A stretch of DNA of 64,000 bases from an uncultured Alphaproteobacteria bacterium (GCA_963730305.1 CAVSRB010000004.1:1-64000); one strand, 5' to 3'. Counted from the first letter of the stretch, positions 1-10,021 are shown. Made by a program: numbers and translations. The notes: generated by a model from the letters alone, not told the origin.

Positions 1-47
1 GGGAGGGAGTCATCGGGCGGCGTGCGTCGATCGTATCGCGGACTGTC

Positions 48-1448
48 TCAACCCGGCGGCCGCGGCAGGGCGATCGGGTGCTCGCGCTCGTAGGCGCGGG
101 CGGCGCGCAGGACCAGGGCGTCTTCGTAATGGCGGCCGACGATCTGGAGGCCGACCGGCAGCCCGTCGGCGAAGCCGCAGGGGATCGAGCAGGCCGGGTT
201 GCGCGACAGGTTGAACGGGTAGGTGAACGGCGTCCAGTCGACCCAGGCGTGGCCGTCCTGCTTGAACGGCGAGACCTGGCCGGCGGCGAAGGCGGGCAGC
301 GGCAGCGACGGCGTCAGCAGCAGGTCGTGGTCCTGGAAGAAGCGGTTGATCGCGAAGCCGATGTCGCGCCGCTGCATCTGGGCCCAGACCACCTGCTGCA
401 CCGAATAGGCGCCGCCGCGGAAGCCGATGTCGACCAGGCCCGGGTCCATCTCGCCCTTGGCCGCGGCGTCGAAGCCGCCGACCACGGTGTTGGCGACCGA
501 GAACCAGTGGATCGCGAAGACCTCGGCGACATGGGCCGGGTCGAGCGCCGGCTCCGCCTCGACGACGGTCGCGCCCATCGCCCGAAAAGTGTCGACCGCG
601 GCGGCGACCGCCTCGGCGACGCCCGGCTCGACGTGGGAGCCGCCGAGGGTCGGGCTGAAGGCGACGCGCAGGCCGGCGACGCCGTCCTCGAGGCCGGCGG
701 TGTAGTCCTCGGCATCGTCGGCGATGGCGTACCAGTCGCGCCAGTCGGGCCGGCCGATGACGTTGAGCATCAGCGCGGCGTCGGTGACCGTGCGGGTCAT
801 CGGGCCGACGTTGGCGAGCGTGCCGAACGGGCTGATCGGCCAGGCGGCGACCCGGCCGAAGGTCGGCTTGTGGCCGAAGATGCCGGAGAAGCCGGCGGGC
901 ATGCGGATCGACCCGCCGCCGTCGGTGCCGATGTGGAGCGCGCCGGCGCCGAACGCCGCGGACACCGCGGCGCCGCCCGAGGAGCCGCCGGGCGTCCGCT
1001 CCGGGTTCCAGGGGTTGCGCGTGATGCCGGTCAGCGGGCTGTCGGTGACGCCCTTCCAGCCCATCTCCGGCGTCGTCGTCTTGCCGAGCAGAACGGCGCC
1101 GGCCTCGCGCAGGCGGGCGACGCAGGGCGCGTCGTCCTCCCACGGCTGGGCCGGGTCGATCGCCTTGCAGCCGCGCAGGGTCGGCCAGCCCTTGGTCAGG
1201 ACCAGGTCCTTGATCGTGGCCGGCACGCCGTCGACGGCGCTGAGCGGCTCGCCCTTGTGCCAGCGCGCCTCCGCCTCCTTGGCCGAGGCCAGCGCCGACT
1301 CGTCGTCGATCAGCACGAACGGGTTGTGGCTGTCCTGAATTGCGTGGGCGCGGTCGAGCGCCGCCTGGGCCGCGTCGACCGGCGAGAGGTCGCCCGCGCG
1401 GTAACCCGCGGCGAGCTCGGCGGCGGAGAGCGTGGCGAGATCGGTCAT
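48..1448 (-). CDS. Amidase (amidase-signature family), 466 aa; start taken at internal ATG (MTDLATLSAAEL...) of the 747-aa fusion ORF
   Basis: GGSSGG amidase signature (TPGGSSGGAAVSAAFG), Ser-cisSer-Lys family features; ATG overlaps upstream NUDIX stop as ATGA (1445-1448); upstream 280 aa of the long ORF is Arg/Gly/Pro-rich shadow reading. Confidence 0.85.
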   Translation of the reverse strand: MTDLATLSAAELAAGYRAGDLSPVDAAQAALDRAHAIQDSHNPFVLIDDESALASAKEAEARWHKGEPLSAVDGVPATIKDLVLTKGWPTLRGCKAIDPAQPWEDDAPCVARLREAGAVLLGKTTTPEMGWKGVTDSPLTGITRNPWNPERTPGGSSGGAAVSAAFGAGALHIGTDGGGSIRMPAGFSGIFGHKPTFGRVAAWPISPFGTLANVGPMTRTVTDAALMLNVIGRPDWRDWYAIADDAEDYTAGLEDGVAGLRVAFSPTLGGSHVEPGVAEAVAAAVDTFRAMGATVVEAEPALDPAHVAEVFAIHWFSVANTVVGGFDAAAKGEMDPGLVDIGFRGGAYSVQQVVWAQMQRRDIGFAINRFFQDHDLLLTPSLPLPAFAAGQVSPFKQDGHAWVDWTPFTYPFNLSRNPACSIPCGFADGLPVGLQIVGRHYEDALVLRAARAYEREHPIALPRPPG

Positions 1449-2291
1449 TGGCGCAGCCCCTTGACGATGGCGACGTAGTCCGCGTCGTCGGGCGCGATCA
1501 GGCCGTGGCGGACCAGGAAGTCGATGACGACCAGGTTGCAGTTGAACTTGAACCGCTGCGAGGTGGCGACGACCTCGGCGACCCGCTCGATCGACCACAA
1601 CTCGAACTCGGAGATCTCGCCGTCGCGGTTCTTGGGCTCGAAGTCGGCCGGAACCTCGAGGTCGAAGCAATACTGGATGTCGGGCTTGATCCCGCCCTCG
1701 CCCTCGCAGCAATAGGTGATCGCGCCGACCGGCACCGCCCGGGCGATCAGCTCGTCGGGGATCGAGGCCTCCTCGTGCGCCTCCTTCTTGAGGTTCTCGG
1801 CGATGGTCAGGCCGAGCGGCTGGCCGCCGGCGACCATCTGGTCGAGCATGCCGGGATAGTTCTGGCGATGCTCGGCGCGGCGGCCGATCCACATCTTGAG
1901 CCCGTCGTCGGTGCGCACGTAACCGTTCAGGTGCAGTCCGCGCGCACCGATGCCGAAATAGCTGACCGCGGCCCGGTCGATCGCGAACAGCGGCTCCTGG
2001 TCGAAGCCGGCCGCGGCGCCGTAGAGCTCGTCGCGCAGCGCCGGGATGTCGCCCTTGTCGACCAGCGCCTCGACCACGGTCGCCATCGCCGTCGGACCGC
2101 GCTTCGTAGCCGTCGAGCTCGGGCAGCAGCGCCACGTCCTCCTTGCCGACGGCGAAGACCTTGTGGAAGTCGGCGAGCCGGCCGGCGAAGGCGTGGCGGA
2201 TCCAGCCGACCCGGACGTCGCCGACCTTGAAGGGCCGGAACTTCGACAAGTCGTAGCTGTTGCACTCGCGGATGCGGTCGAGAAAGCTCAT
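1445..2291 (-). pseudogene. NUDIX hydrolase with DUF4743-like N-terminal domain, interrupted by a frameshift near 2087-2100 (N-terminal 64 aa in one frame 2291-2100, NUDIX body 2086-1445 in another)
   Basis: 213-aa ORF 1445..2086 has Nudix-box-like GGQPLGLTIAENLKKEAHEEAS; in-window the N-terminal peptide MSFLDRIRECNSYDLSKFRPFKVGDVRVGWIRHAFAGRLADFHKVFAVGKEDVALLPELDGYEA runs in a different frame and dead-ends at the NUDIX ATG; I recall this being the usual N-terminus of DUF4743-NUDIX proteins, but that is memory, not a search. Confidence 0.6.
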
Positions 2292-2318
2292 GCGGAAAGG
2301 CCGTGGGTTGTTGGGGCG

Positions 2319-2678
2319 TCAGCCGCCGACCGGGTGATAGTCATAGGGGCCGATGCCCTGGATGACCATGAAGCGCGAGGTCGTATCCGCGACGTTGCGG
2401 ACGATGTGGGCGACCTTGGGCGGCACGATATGCTCGTTGCCCGGCTCCAGCCGGGTGGTGCTGCGCGGCGCCCGGGTCTCGATCTCGATCGCGCCTTCGA
2501 GGCAGATGAAGCGGTCGTCGATCACGCTGTGCCAGTGCCAGGGCACGCACTGGCCCGGCGCCAGGGTCAGCCGCACCGCGCGCAGGTCCGGCGTCTCGGC
2601 GACGACCTCGGTATTGTCGATGGAGAACTCATCTTCCCAGGGCCGGGTGTTGGCTTCCGGCATCGCACGCTCCCCCAT
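2319..2678 (-). CDS. Cupin domain protein (small, ~115 aa)
   Basis: Two-His cupin motifs (PWHWHSV ... PPKVAHIVRN); compact ORF; good codon bias. Confidence 0.7.
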   Translation of the reverse strand: MGERAMPEANTRPWEDEFSIDNTEVVAETPDLRAVRLTLAPGQCVPWHWHSVIDDRFICLEGAIEIETRAPRSTTRLEPGNEHIVPPKVAHIVRNVADTTSRFMVIQGIGPYDYHPVGG

Positions 2679-2780
2679 GTGAGCGCCGGCGGGCGCGGCG
2701 CGTTTTCACCCGATCATGGCAGGGCGAGGGCCGCCGGGTCCAGCCCGACGTGACCCGCGGCGCGCCCCGTTTCCGAGCGG

Positions 2781-3356
2781 CTAGAACCGCTCCGACAGCC
2801 AGATCGCCAGCCGCGAGCCGGCCTTGATCGCCCCGGTCAGCACCTCGTAGCCGGGGGCGTTGCGGGCGTCGTTGTCGAGGGCGGTGTCGCGGTGCTCGAC
2901 CTCTTCGCGGCGGAATTCCTCGATGGTCTCGCGCAGGTCGGCCTCGTCGTCGCCGAGCTGCTCGCGCTGGCGGGCGTAGTGCTCGTCGATCACCTCCTCG
3001 ACCGCGACGGTGCAGGCCATCGCCGCCTCGCGGCCGATCAGCGCCGTGCCGGCGCCGAGCGCGAAGCCGGCGACGTGCCACAGCGGCGACAGGATGGTCG
3101 GCCGCACCTGGCGGTCGACGATCAGCTTGTCGAAGGCGTCGAGGTGGCGCTGTTCCTGCGCCGCCATGTGGCGCAAGGTCGGGGCGTCGTCGGACTGGCC
3201 GAGCACGGCGAGCTGGCCGGCGTAGATGCGCGCGGCGCCGAACTCGCCGGCCTGGTCGACCCGGATCATCCGCTCGACCAGGGCGTCGCGGTCGGGATCG
3301 CCGGGCAGCAGGCCCTCGCCGGTGCGCCTGCCGGTTTTCCGGGGGCTTTCGGTCAT
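2781..3356 (-). CDS. coq7: Demethoxyubiquinone hydroxylase COQ7 family (ubiquinone biosynthesis), 191 aa
   Basis: Ferritin-like di-iron repeats (EQRHLDAFDK ... EEVEHRDTA), typical MTESPRK... start; ATG overlaps dsbB stop (ATGA at 3353-3356); long Arg-rich N-terminal extension of the ORF rejected. Confidence 0.8.
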   Translation of the reverse strand: MTESPRKTGRRTGEGLLPGDPDRDALVERMIRVDQAGEFGAARIYAGQLAVLGQSDDAPTLRHMAAQEQRHLDAFDKLIVDRQVRPTILSPLWHVAGFALGAGTALIGREAAMACTVAVEEVIDEHYARQREQLGDDEADLRETIEEFRREEVEHRDTALDNDARNAPGYEVLTGAIKAGSRLAIWLSERF

Positions 3357-3832
3357 GCCGGCCGCCGCGCGCGCAGCGCCGCCCACAAGGCGAACAGGCC
3401 GAGGGCGAGCGAGATCAGGAAGTTGTAGCCGGCCATCGAGATGCCGAACAGCGACCACGCGATCTCGTCGCAGCGGGCCGGCGGATGCTCGATCATCTTG
3501 CGCATCTGTTCCGGGCTGAGCTTGGTCATGTCGACCGCGCCGGAGCAGGACGGCAGCCCGGCCCACCACTTGTGCTCCACGCCGACGTGGAAGCCGGCGA
3601 TGCCGACCCCGACCAGCAGGATCAGCCCGCACAGGGCGAGTAGCCACGGCCGCGCGCCGGCGGGCGCGACGACGAGGGCGATCGCCGCGACGATCACCAC
3701 CGCGTCGTGGGGATAGCGCTGCCACAGGCACAGCTCGCACGGCGCCAGTCCGCCGATGAACTGGAAGCCGAGCGCGCCGAGCAGGAGCGCGCCGCTGCCG
3801 AGCGAGGAGCAAGAGGGCGAATTGCCGGTCAC
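3353..3832 (-). CDS. dsbB: Disulfide bond formation protein B (DsbB family), 159 aa
   Basis: Four TM helices, conserved Cys pair CELCLWQR and second pair in periplasmic loop (LPSCSGAV ... ARCDEIAW). Confidence 0.8.
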   Translation of the reverse strand: MTGNSPSCSSLGSGALLLGALGFQFIGGLAPCELCLWQRYPHDAVVIVAAIALVVAPAGARPWLLALCGLILLVGVGIAGFHVGVEHKWWAGLPSCSGAVDMTKLSPEQMRKMIEHPPARCDEIAWSLFGISMAGYNFLISLALGLFALWAALRARRPA

Positions 3833-3925
3833 GGGTCATGGCGAGAGACTATACGGACGGTCTGCACGGCGCGCACCCGCCGATTCGCCGCAAGGACGCC
3901 GGCGCGCTCCCCAGAGGACGGTCGC

Positions 3926-5221
3926 CTAGCCCGCGGCGCTGTAGCCGAACACGCCCGGCAGCCACAGCACGAGCTCGGGCACGAAGATCAGCGCCACCAG
4001 CACCAGCAGCAGCACGCACAGGAAGGGGATGACCTCGCGGATGATCGTGCCCAGGCGGACGCCGGACAGGCTGCTGAGCACGAACAGCAGCAGGCCGTAG
4101 GGCGGGGTCACCAGCCCGATCATGATGTTGAACACGATGACCACGCCGAAATGGACCGGGTCGACCCCGAGCGCCTGCATGGTCGGCACGAGCAGCGGCA
4201 CCAGGACCAGGAGCATGACCGCGACGTCGAAGAAACAGCCCAGGATCAGGAAGGCGATGTTGGTCACGATCAGGAAGGAGATCGGCGTCAGGTGCGCCCC
4301 GGCAAGCAGCCCGGCGAGGAGCGCGGGCACCTGCTCGTTGGTGATCGCGAAGTTGAAGATGAACGCGCCGCTGACCGCGACGGCGACGATGCTGGTCGCC
4401 TTCGCCGACTCGAGCAGGACGTCGAACAGCGACGCCAAGCCGATCACCCGGTAGACGCCGATCGCCAGGATCAGCGCGTAGGCAGCGGCGACCGCGGCCG
4501 CCTCGGTCGCCGTGGTCACGCCGGTATAGATGCCGGTCAGCAGGATCACCGGCATCATCATCGGCAGGAACGCGCGCAACAGGATGCGCGGATAGGCCCG
4601 CCAGGGGATCGGCGCCTCGGTCGGGAAGCGGCGGCGGCGTGCGATCAGCCAGACCGCGGCCATCAGCGACACGGTCAGCAGCAGGCCCGGCACGACGCCG
4701 CCGAGGAACAGCGCGCCGACCGAGGTGTTGGCGACCAAGGCATAAAGCACCAACGGGATCGACGGCGGGATGATCGGGCCGATGGTCGCCGACGCCGCGG
4801 TGACCGCGACCGCGAAGCCCTCGGGATAGCGGTTCTCGCGCCGCATCATCTCGATCATCACCTTGCCCGGCCCGGCCGCGTCGGCGACCGCGCTGCCGCT
4901 CATCCCGGAGAAGACCAGGCTGGTCAGGATGTTGGCGTGGGCCAGCCCGCCCCGGACCCGGCCGACGCAGGCGACGCCGAACTCGAGCAGGCGCTCGGTG
5001 ATCGTGCCGGCGTTCATGACGTTGGCGGCGAAGATGAACAGCGGGATCGCGATCAGCACGTAGCTGGCGAACAGCCGGCTGCTGATCTGCTCGAGAACCA
5101 GGCCGACGTCCTGGCCGGAGACGAACAGGTAGGCCACGCCGGAGCCGATCAGCGACAGCCCCAGCGGGAAGCCAAGTGCCGCGCCGACGACGAAGGTCAG
5201 GAACAGGATCGCGATGGCCAT
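3926..5221 (-). CDS. dctM: TRAP transporter large permease (DctM family), 431 aa
   Basis: Polytopic membrane protein with DctM-typical N-terminus and length; downstream of dctQ/dctP. Confidence 0.85.
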   Translation of the reverse strand: MAIAILFLTFVVGAALGFPLGLSLIGSGVAYLFVSGQDVGLVLEQISSRLFASYVLIAIPLFIFAANVMNAGTITERLLEFGVACVGRVRGGLAHANILTSLVFSGMSGSAVADAAGPGKVMIEMMRRENRYPEGFAVAVTAASATIGPIIPPSIPLVLYALVANTSVGALFLGGVVPGLLLTVSLMAAVWLIARRRRFPTEAPIPWRAYPRILLRAFLPMMMPVILLTGIYTGVTTATEAAAVAAAYALILAIGVYRVIGLASLFDVLLESAKATSIVAVAVSGAFIFNFAITNEQVPALLAGLLAGAHLTPISFLIVTNIAFLILGCFFDVAVMLLVLVPLLVPTMQALGVDPVHFGVVIVFNIMIGLVTPPYGLLLFVLSSLSGVRLGTIIREVIPFLCVLLLVLVALIFVPELVLWLPGVFGYSAAG

Positions 5222-5240
5222 GGGGAGGTGCGGATCGCGC

Positions 5241-5720
5241 CTAGCCGGCGCGGGCGCCCAGCGAGCGCAGGCCGACCACGGCGTCGAACAGGCAGCGCAA
5301 GGCGATGACGACGAAGAAGATGGCGAAGCTGCTGTGGACGAAGGCCATCGATATCTCCATCAGCGACGTGTGCTGGTCGGACGCGAAGATCAGGTAGTCG
5401 ATGACGGTCGGCGCCGCGGCGACGTAGAGCAGCCCGAACGCCCCGGCGGCGACCGAATCGACGATCACTTGCCAGCGCGGGCCCAGGACGTCGCGCAACA
5501 GGGCGAAGCGGATGTGCTGGCCCATCGGCACCAGGAGCGCGCCGGTCCAGAACACGATCCAGACGAACAGGATGGCGGCGAGCTCGTCCGGCCAGCCGAG
5601 CGGGGCATCGAAGACATAGCGGGCGACGATGTTGAGCAGGAAGGCGCCGAGCATGGCAGCGAAGGCGAGCACCGCTGCCAGCTCGGCGATCTTCCTGGCG
5701 ATCCCGAATGCGAGACGCAC
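5241..5720 (-). CDS. dctQ: TRAP transporter small permease (DctQ family), 159 aa
   Basis: 4-TM small permease between dctP and dctM. Confidence 0.8.
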   Translation of the reverse strand: MRLAFGIARKIAELAAVLAFAAMLGAFLLNIVARYVFDAPLGWPDELAAILFVWIVFWTGALLVPMGQHIRFALLRDVLGPRWQVIVDSVAAGAFGLLYVAAAPTVIDYLIFASDQHTSLMEISMAFVHSSFAIFFVVIALRCLFDAVVGLRSLGARAG

Positions 5721-5756
5721 GATCCGGGCTCCCGGCTAACGGACGATGCCGTCAGC

Positions 5757-6773
5757 CTATTTGGTCGCGCGGATCGCGTCGATGACGGCCTTGGGCCAGG
5801 TCTTCAGCTTGCCGGCCCGGGCATAGGTCGCCCACATGTGCTTGCGGAAGGCGGCGATGTCCGGGTGGGTGATGACGATGCCGCGCGACTTGAAGTAGGC
5901 GATCTGCTTCTGCTCGTCGGCGAGGCGCATCTTGTCGTTCCAGGCGCAGGCCTTCGTCGACGCGTCGACGACCAGGGCCTGCTGGGCCTTGGTCATCTTC
6001 TGGAACGCCTTCTCGGCGATCGCGAAGAACACCATCTGAACCATGTGGTTGGTCAGGACCACTTCCTTGGTGACCTCGTCCATCCTGGCCGCCCGGGTGA
6101 TCGTCACCGGGTTGTCCTGGCCGTCGACGGCGCCGTTCTTGATGGCGAGATAGGCTTCGGACATCGCCATCGGGGTCGGGATGATGCCCAGGCCCCGGCC
6201 CAGCAGCAGGAAGTCGGGCGCGCCGGGCATGCGCAGCTTGATGCCCTTCAGGTCCGCGGGCGTCTTGGCGTGGCGCACCTTGCTGATGTTGACCTCGCGC
6301 GTGCCGAGGTAGCAGTTGGCGAGGATGCGGATGCCCATCTTCTTGAGCACCGTCGCCTTGTATTTCGCGCCGAGCGGGCCGGCCCAGACCTTCTGGAGAT
6401 GGGCGTAGTTACGGAACAGGTAGCCGGCATTGTAGACCGACAGTTCCTTGACGTAGGCGGAGACCTCGAAGGTCGCCAGGGTGTTCATCTCCAGGTTGCC
6501 TCGGCGCATCGCCGGGATCTCGGTGCCCTGCTTGAACAGCGAGCCGCCCGGATGGACCGACACGTCGAACTGACCCTTGGCGCGCGTTTCCAGGTCGGCC
6601 TTGAAGCGCTCCATCGCCTTGACGAGGATTTCGCCCGGCGGCGCCGGCGCGGAGAAGCGCAGCCGGACCGCGTCGGCCAGCGCGGAGTTGGACAGGCTCG
6701 CCGCGGCGACGGCGGCCAACGCCGCAGCGCCAGCCAGGCGAGCGACGGGGACCTTGTGGAAGCTACGTTTCAT
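5757..6773 (-). CDS. dctP: TRAP transporter substrate-binding protein (DctP family), 338 aa
   Basis: Signal peptide + DctP-family SBP sequence; first gene of P-Q-M triad. Confidence 0.85.
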   Translation of the reverse strand: MKRSFHKVPVARLAGAAALAAVAAASLSNSALADAVRLRFSAPAPPGEILVKAMERFKADLETRAKGQFDVSVHPGGSLFKQGTEIPAMRRGNLEMNTLATFEVSAYVKELSVYNAGYLFRNYAHLQKVWAGPLGAKYKATVLKKMGIRILANCYLGTREVNISKVRHAKTPADLKGIKLRMPGAPDFLLLGRGLGIIPTPMAMSEAYLAIKNGAVDGQDNPVTITRAARMDEVTKEVVLTNHMVQMVFFAIAEKAFQKMTKAQQALVVDASTKACAWNDKMRLADEQKQIAYFKSRGIVITHPDIAAFRKHMWATYARAGKLKTWPKAVIDAIRATK

Positions 6774-6828
6774 GACACTTCTCCCTGTTCAGTGACTGCT
6801 TTCGCCGCCTCCGGCGGCGGTTCCACGA

Positions 6829-7566
6829 CTAGATCAAGGTGCCGCCCAGCGACTTGCCGCCGTCGGCGTAGAGCACCTGACCGGTGACGAAGTCGGTGCG
6901 GGCGTCGGTGAAGAAGGCGACCGCCTGGGCGATCTGATCCGGCGCGGCCGGCTTGCCACCCGGCTCCAGCGCCGACCACTTGGCGAAGTCCTCGGCCGGC
7001 ATGGAACGGGTCATCGGCGTGTCGGTGAAGCCGGGCGACACGGCGTTGACCGCGATCTGCCGCTCGCGCAGCTCCAGCGCCATCGCCCGGGTCAGCCCGA
7101 TCACCGCCGCTTTCGACGCGACGTAGTGCGGGAAGCCGACGCCGCCGACCGCCGCGCGCGAGGCGATGAAAACGATCCGGCCGCCCGCGCCCATCCGCTT
7201 GAGCGCTTCCTGGGCGACGATGAAGGACCCGATCAGGTTGACGTCGAGGATCCGGCGGAAATCGTCTTCGGTGACCTCGTCGATCGACTTGAGCCAGCTC
7301 ACCCCCGCCGCACAGACGCAGGCGGCGACCGACGGGTGCGCGGCGAGCGCTCCGGCGATCGCGGCCCGGTCGGTCACGTCGGCGGGGACCGCCTCCGCGG
7401 ACAGGCCTTCGCCAGCGAGGTCTTCGGCGACGCCGCGGACGGCCTCTTCCTGACGGTCGATCGCGAGGACATGAAAGCCGTCTCGGGCGAGGCGCCGGAC
7501 CACGGCGCGCCCGATGCCCTGACCACCGCCGGTCACGATCGCAACGCGCGCGGCGTCGGCGGACAC
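6829..7566 (-). CDS. SDR family NAD(P)-dependent oxidoreductase, 245 aa
   Basis: TGGGQGIGRA Rossmann motif, YxxxK (YVASKAA) catalytic motif. Confidence 0.85.
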   Translation of the reverse strand: MSADAARVAIVTGGGQGIGRAVVRRLARDGFHVLAIDRQEEAVRGVAEDLAGEGLSAEAVPADVTDRAAIAGALAAHPSVAACVCAAGVSWLKSIDEVTEDDFRRILDVNLIGSFIVAQEALKRMGAGGRIVFIASRAAVGGVGFPHYVASKAAVIGLTRAMALELRERQIAVNAVSPGFTDTPMTRSMPAEDFAKWSALEPGGKPAAPDQIAQAVAFFTDARTDFVTGQVLYADGGKSLGGTLI

Positions 7567-7568
7567 GC

Positions 7569-8510
7569 CTAGATCTCCCCCGCCACGGAAACCGAAAGAG
7601 CGCCGACACGCTCGATCTCGGCGTCGACCGTGTCGCCGACCGACAGGAAGGTCCGCTTCGGGAAGCCGACCCCCGCGGGCGTGCCGGTCAGCAGCACGTC
7701 GCCCGGCTCCAGGGTCATGATCCGGGACAGGATGGCGATCTGCTCGGGGATCGAGAAGACCATGCCGGAGGTCCGGGCATCCTGCTTGGTCTCGCCGTTG
7801 ACCGAGAGCTTGAGCGCCAGATCCATCGGGTCGCCGACGAAGGCGGCCGGCACCAGTTGCGGGCCCATCGGGCAGCTCGTGTCCTGCGCCTTACCGGCCA
7901 CCCAGTCGAGCTTGTAGAAGGTGTCCGGCGCCTGGTTGAGGTCGCGGGCGGACAGGTCGATGGCGACGGTGTAGGCGGCGATCGAGTCGAGCGCGTCGGC
8001 CTCGCTGGCGTTGCGGGTGCGGCGCCCGAACACCACCGCCAGCTCGACCTCCCAGTCGAGCATCGCGGTATCCGCGGGCTTGAGGACGGTCGCGCCCGGG
8101 CCGACGATGGCGGTGCGCGGCGGCTTGAAGAAGAAGAACAGCCGCTGGGCCTCCTTGCGCAGGTCCTGCACGCCCATCTCGGCCAGGTGATCGTAGTAGT
8201 TCGCCCCCGCGCACAGCACCTTGCCGGGATAGCGCAGCGGCGCCGCGAACGTGCAGTCCGCCACCGGGCGGCCGAGGTCGGCGGCGTCCGCCGGCGCGCG
8301 CTCGGCAATGGCGCCCAGCGCGGCGCTCGCCGCCGTCCAGTCCGCGAAACAGGCGACGGTCGACGCCGGCACGTCGGCGATCCCGAGCCGCTGCGCCGTC
8401 TCGGCGAGCGGCCACCATTGCCCGTCGACGATCAGGCCGTCGGTAGCCGCGGCCTCCGGGTTCGAGCCCGGCGCGGCCGGAGCGGAGAGTACGGAAGCGA
8501 GTGAAAACAA
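7569..8510 (-). CDS. Fumarylacetoacetate hydrolase (FAH) family protein, 313 aa
   Basis: FAH-fold C-terminal domain motifs (LLTGTPAGVG, DxE metal ligands), stop adjacent to SDR start. Confidence 0.8.
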   Translation of the reverse strand: MFSLASVLSAPAAPGSNPEAAATDGLIVDGQWWPLAETAQRLGIADVPASTVACFADWTAASAALGAIAERAPADAADLGRPVADCTFAAPLRYPGKVLCAGANYYDHLAEMGVQDLRKEAQRLFFFFKPPRTAIVGPGATVLKPADTAMLDWEVELAVVFGRRTRNASEADALDSIAAYTVAIDLSARDLNQAPDTFYKLDWVAGKAQDTSCPMGPQLVPAAFVGDPMDLALKLSVNGETKQDARTSGMVFSIPEQIAILSRIMTLEPGDVLLTGTPAGVGFPKRTFLSVGDTVDAEIERVGALSVSVAGEI

Positions 8511-8711
8511 CGCCTGTCACCTGTCGCGAATGTTGTCCCGGTTCCAACGGTAGCGGCGCCTGTTCGAATGTCAACATATTTTCGAAAATATGGAAATGAG
8601 GGTAACAAATGGCAATTTGCCAAAAGATGGAGATGGTATATCTCTAGGACATGCGGCCGCGGCGGCACCGATCCGGGTGCGCGCGGCGCCGCGACGACCG
8701 ACGAGGATCGA

Positions 8712-9380
8712 ATGTCTGAGACCGCCGCGGATCGGATCTACAAGCTGCTCCACGCCGACCTGCTCCGGGGGCGCTACCAGCCCGGCGACGCGCTGCGCTT
8801 CGCGGCGCTGCGCGCGGCCTACGACTGCGGCATCAGCCCGTTGCGCGAGGCGCTGTTCCGGCTCGAGACCAAGAAGCTGGTCGTCGCCGAGGGGCATCGC
8901 GGCTTCCGCGTACCGCCGATCTCCAGCGCCGAGATCCGCGACATCACCTCGCTCCGGCAGAAGCTCGACACCGACGCGCTGCGGCGGTCGATCGCGCGCG
9001 GCGACGACGAGTGGGAAGCCCGGTGCATCGGCGCGCTCCACCGGCTCAACAAGGCGACCACGGCGGCGATAAAGGATGTCGACGGCTGGGAAGCGCGGCA
9101 CCGGGCGTTCCACAACGCCCTGATCGACGCCTGCGACTCGCCGTGGCTCCTCTATATGTGCGAGCTGCTCTACGACCAGACCGAGCGGTACCGGCGGCTG
9201 CGCTTCTCGTCGACCGTCCAGCCCAAGCTGATCCGCGACATCGCCGACGAGCACCAGGCGATCCTCGACGCCACGCTCCGCCGCGACGCGGACGGAGCGG
9301 CGAAGCTGTTGTCCGAGCATATCGACGAGACCGCCGCCTTCGTGCTCGCCAACCTCGCGTCGGTCGACGACGCGGCCTGA
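8712..9380 (+). CDS. GntR family transcriptional regulator (FadR/FCD-type C-terminal domain), 223 aa; start at MSETAADRIYK
   Basis: N-terminal wHTH (ADRIYKLLHADLLRGRYQPGDAL), FCD domain; divergent from the FAH-SDR-TRAP operon. Confidence 0.8.
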   Translation: MSETAADRIYKLLHADLLRGRYQPGDALRFAALRAAYDCGISPLREALFRLETKKLVVAEGHRGFRVPPISSAEIRDITSLRQKLDTDALRRSIARGDDEWEARCIGALHRLNKATTAAIKDVDGWEARHRAFHNALIDACDSPWLLYMCELLYDQTERYRRLRFSSTVQPKLIRDIADEHQAILDATLRRDADGAAKLLSEHIDETAAFVLANLASVDDAA

Positions 9381-9398
9381 CCCCGTCGGCGATCCCGC

Positions 9399-9980
9399 CT
9401 AGACCAAGTAGGCGAGGAGGACGAAGCCACCGATGAACAGCGCCAGCGCGAACAGCGCGGAGAGGTGCAGGTTGTTTTCGATGAAGCGCTTGACCGGCGG
9501 CCCGAACCAGTAGAGCGCGCCGCAGACGATGTAGAAGCGCACCAGCCGCGAGGCGAGCGAGACCGCGTTGAAGGCCCAGAAGTCCATCTGCGCCACGCCG
9601 CTGGTGATCGTCACCGCCTTGTAGGGGATCGGCGACAGCCCGCCGATCGCGACGATCCATTCGCCGTACTTTCGGTACAACGCCTGGACCTCGGCGAACT
9701 GCGACATGTAGCCGTAGAAGTGAAGGATCGGCCGGCCGACCTCCTCGAACAGGAAATAGCCGATGGCGTAGCCGAAGCAGCCGCCGACCGCCGACGCGAT
9801 GGTGGCGTAGAGCGCGAGCTTCCAGGCGTCGCGGCGCACCGCGAGCACCATCGGGATCAGCAGGATGTCCGCCGGCAGCGGGAAGAAGGTCGCCTCGGCG
9901 AAGGCGAAGGCGCACATCCACCAGACCGCGTAGGGGCTGGAGGCCTTGGCCATGGTCCAGTCGTAGAGGCGTTGCAGCAT
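9399..9980 (-). CDS. DedA/YqaA-family (VTT domain) inner-membrane protein, 193 aa
   Basis: MLQRLYDW... FFPLPADILLIPM VTT-domain motif; N-terminal 227 aa of the long ORF is shadow; paralogue of next gene. Confidence 0.75.
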   Translation of the reverse strand: MLQRLYDWTMAKASSPYAVWWMCAFAFAEATFFPLPADILLIPMVLAVRRDAWKLALYATIASAVGGCFGYAIGYFLFEEVGRPILHFYGYMSQFAEVQALYRKYGEWIVAIGGLSPIPYKAVTITSGVAQMDFWAFNAVSLASRLVRFYIVCGALYWFGPPVKRFIENNLHLSALFALALFIGGFVLLAYLV

Positions 9981-10021
9981 GAGGCGCGCCGGTCCCGCTC
10001 GCAGAGCTTTGGGTGGGGTGG

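Noticed and set aside
78-1478. 466-aa plus-strand ORF antisense to the amidase; also 10..1143 minus ORF
   Set aside because: Arg/Ala/Gly-rich composition typical of high-GC shadow frames, no domain, fully overlaps a confidently identified gene.
48-2291. 747-aa ORF fusing NUDIX N-terminus, an Arg/Gly-rich linker and the amidase
   Set aside because: Only the last 466 aa are amidase. The middle is low-complexity shadow translation over the real NUDIX gene in another frame. Split into amidase (48..1448) and frameshifted NUDIX.
3707-6887. Long plus-strand ORFs (533 aa, 557 aa) over the TRAP dctPQM genes
   Set aside because: Antisense shadow ORFs with His/Arg/Asp low-complexity. Real genes are on the minus strand.
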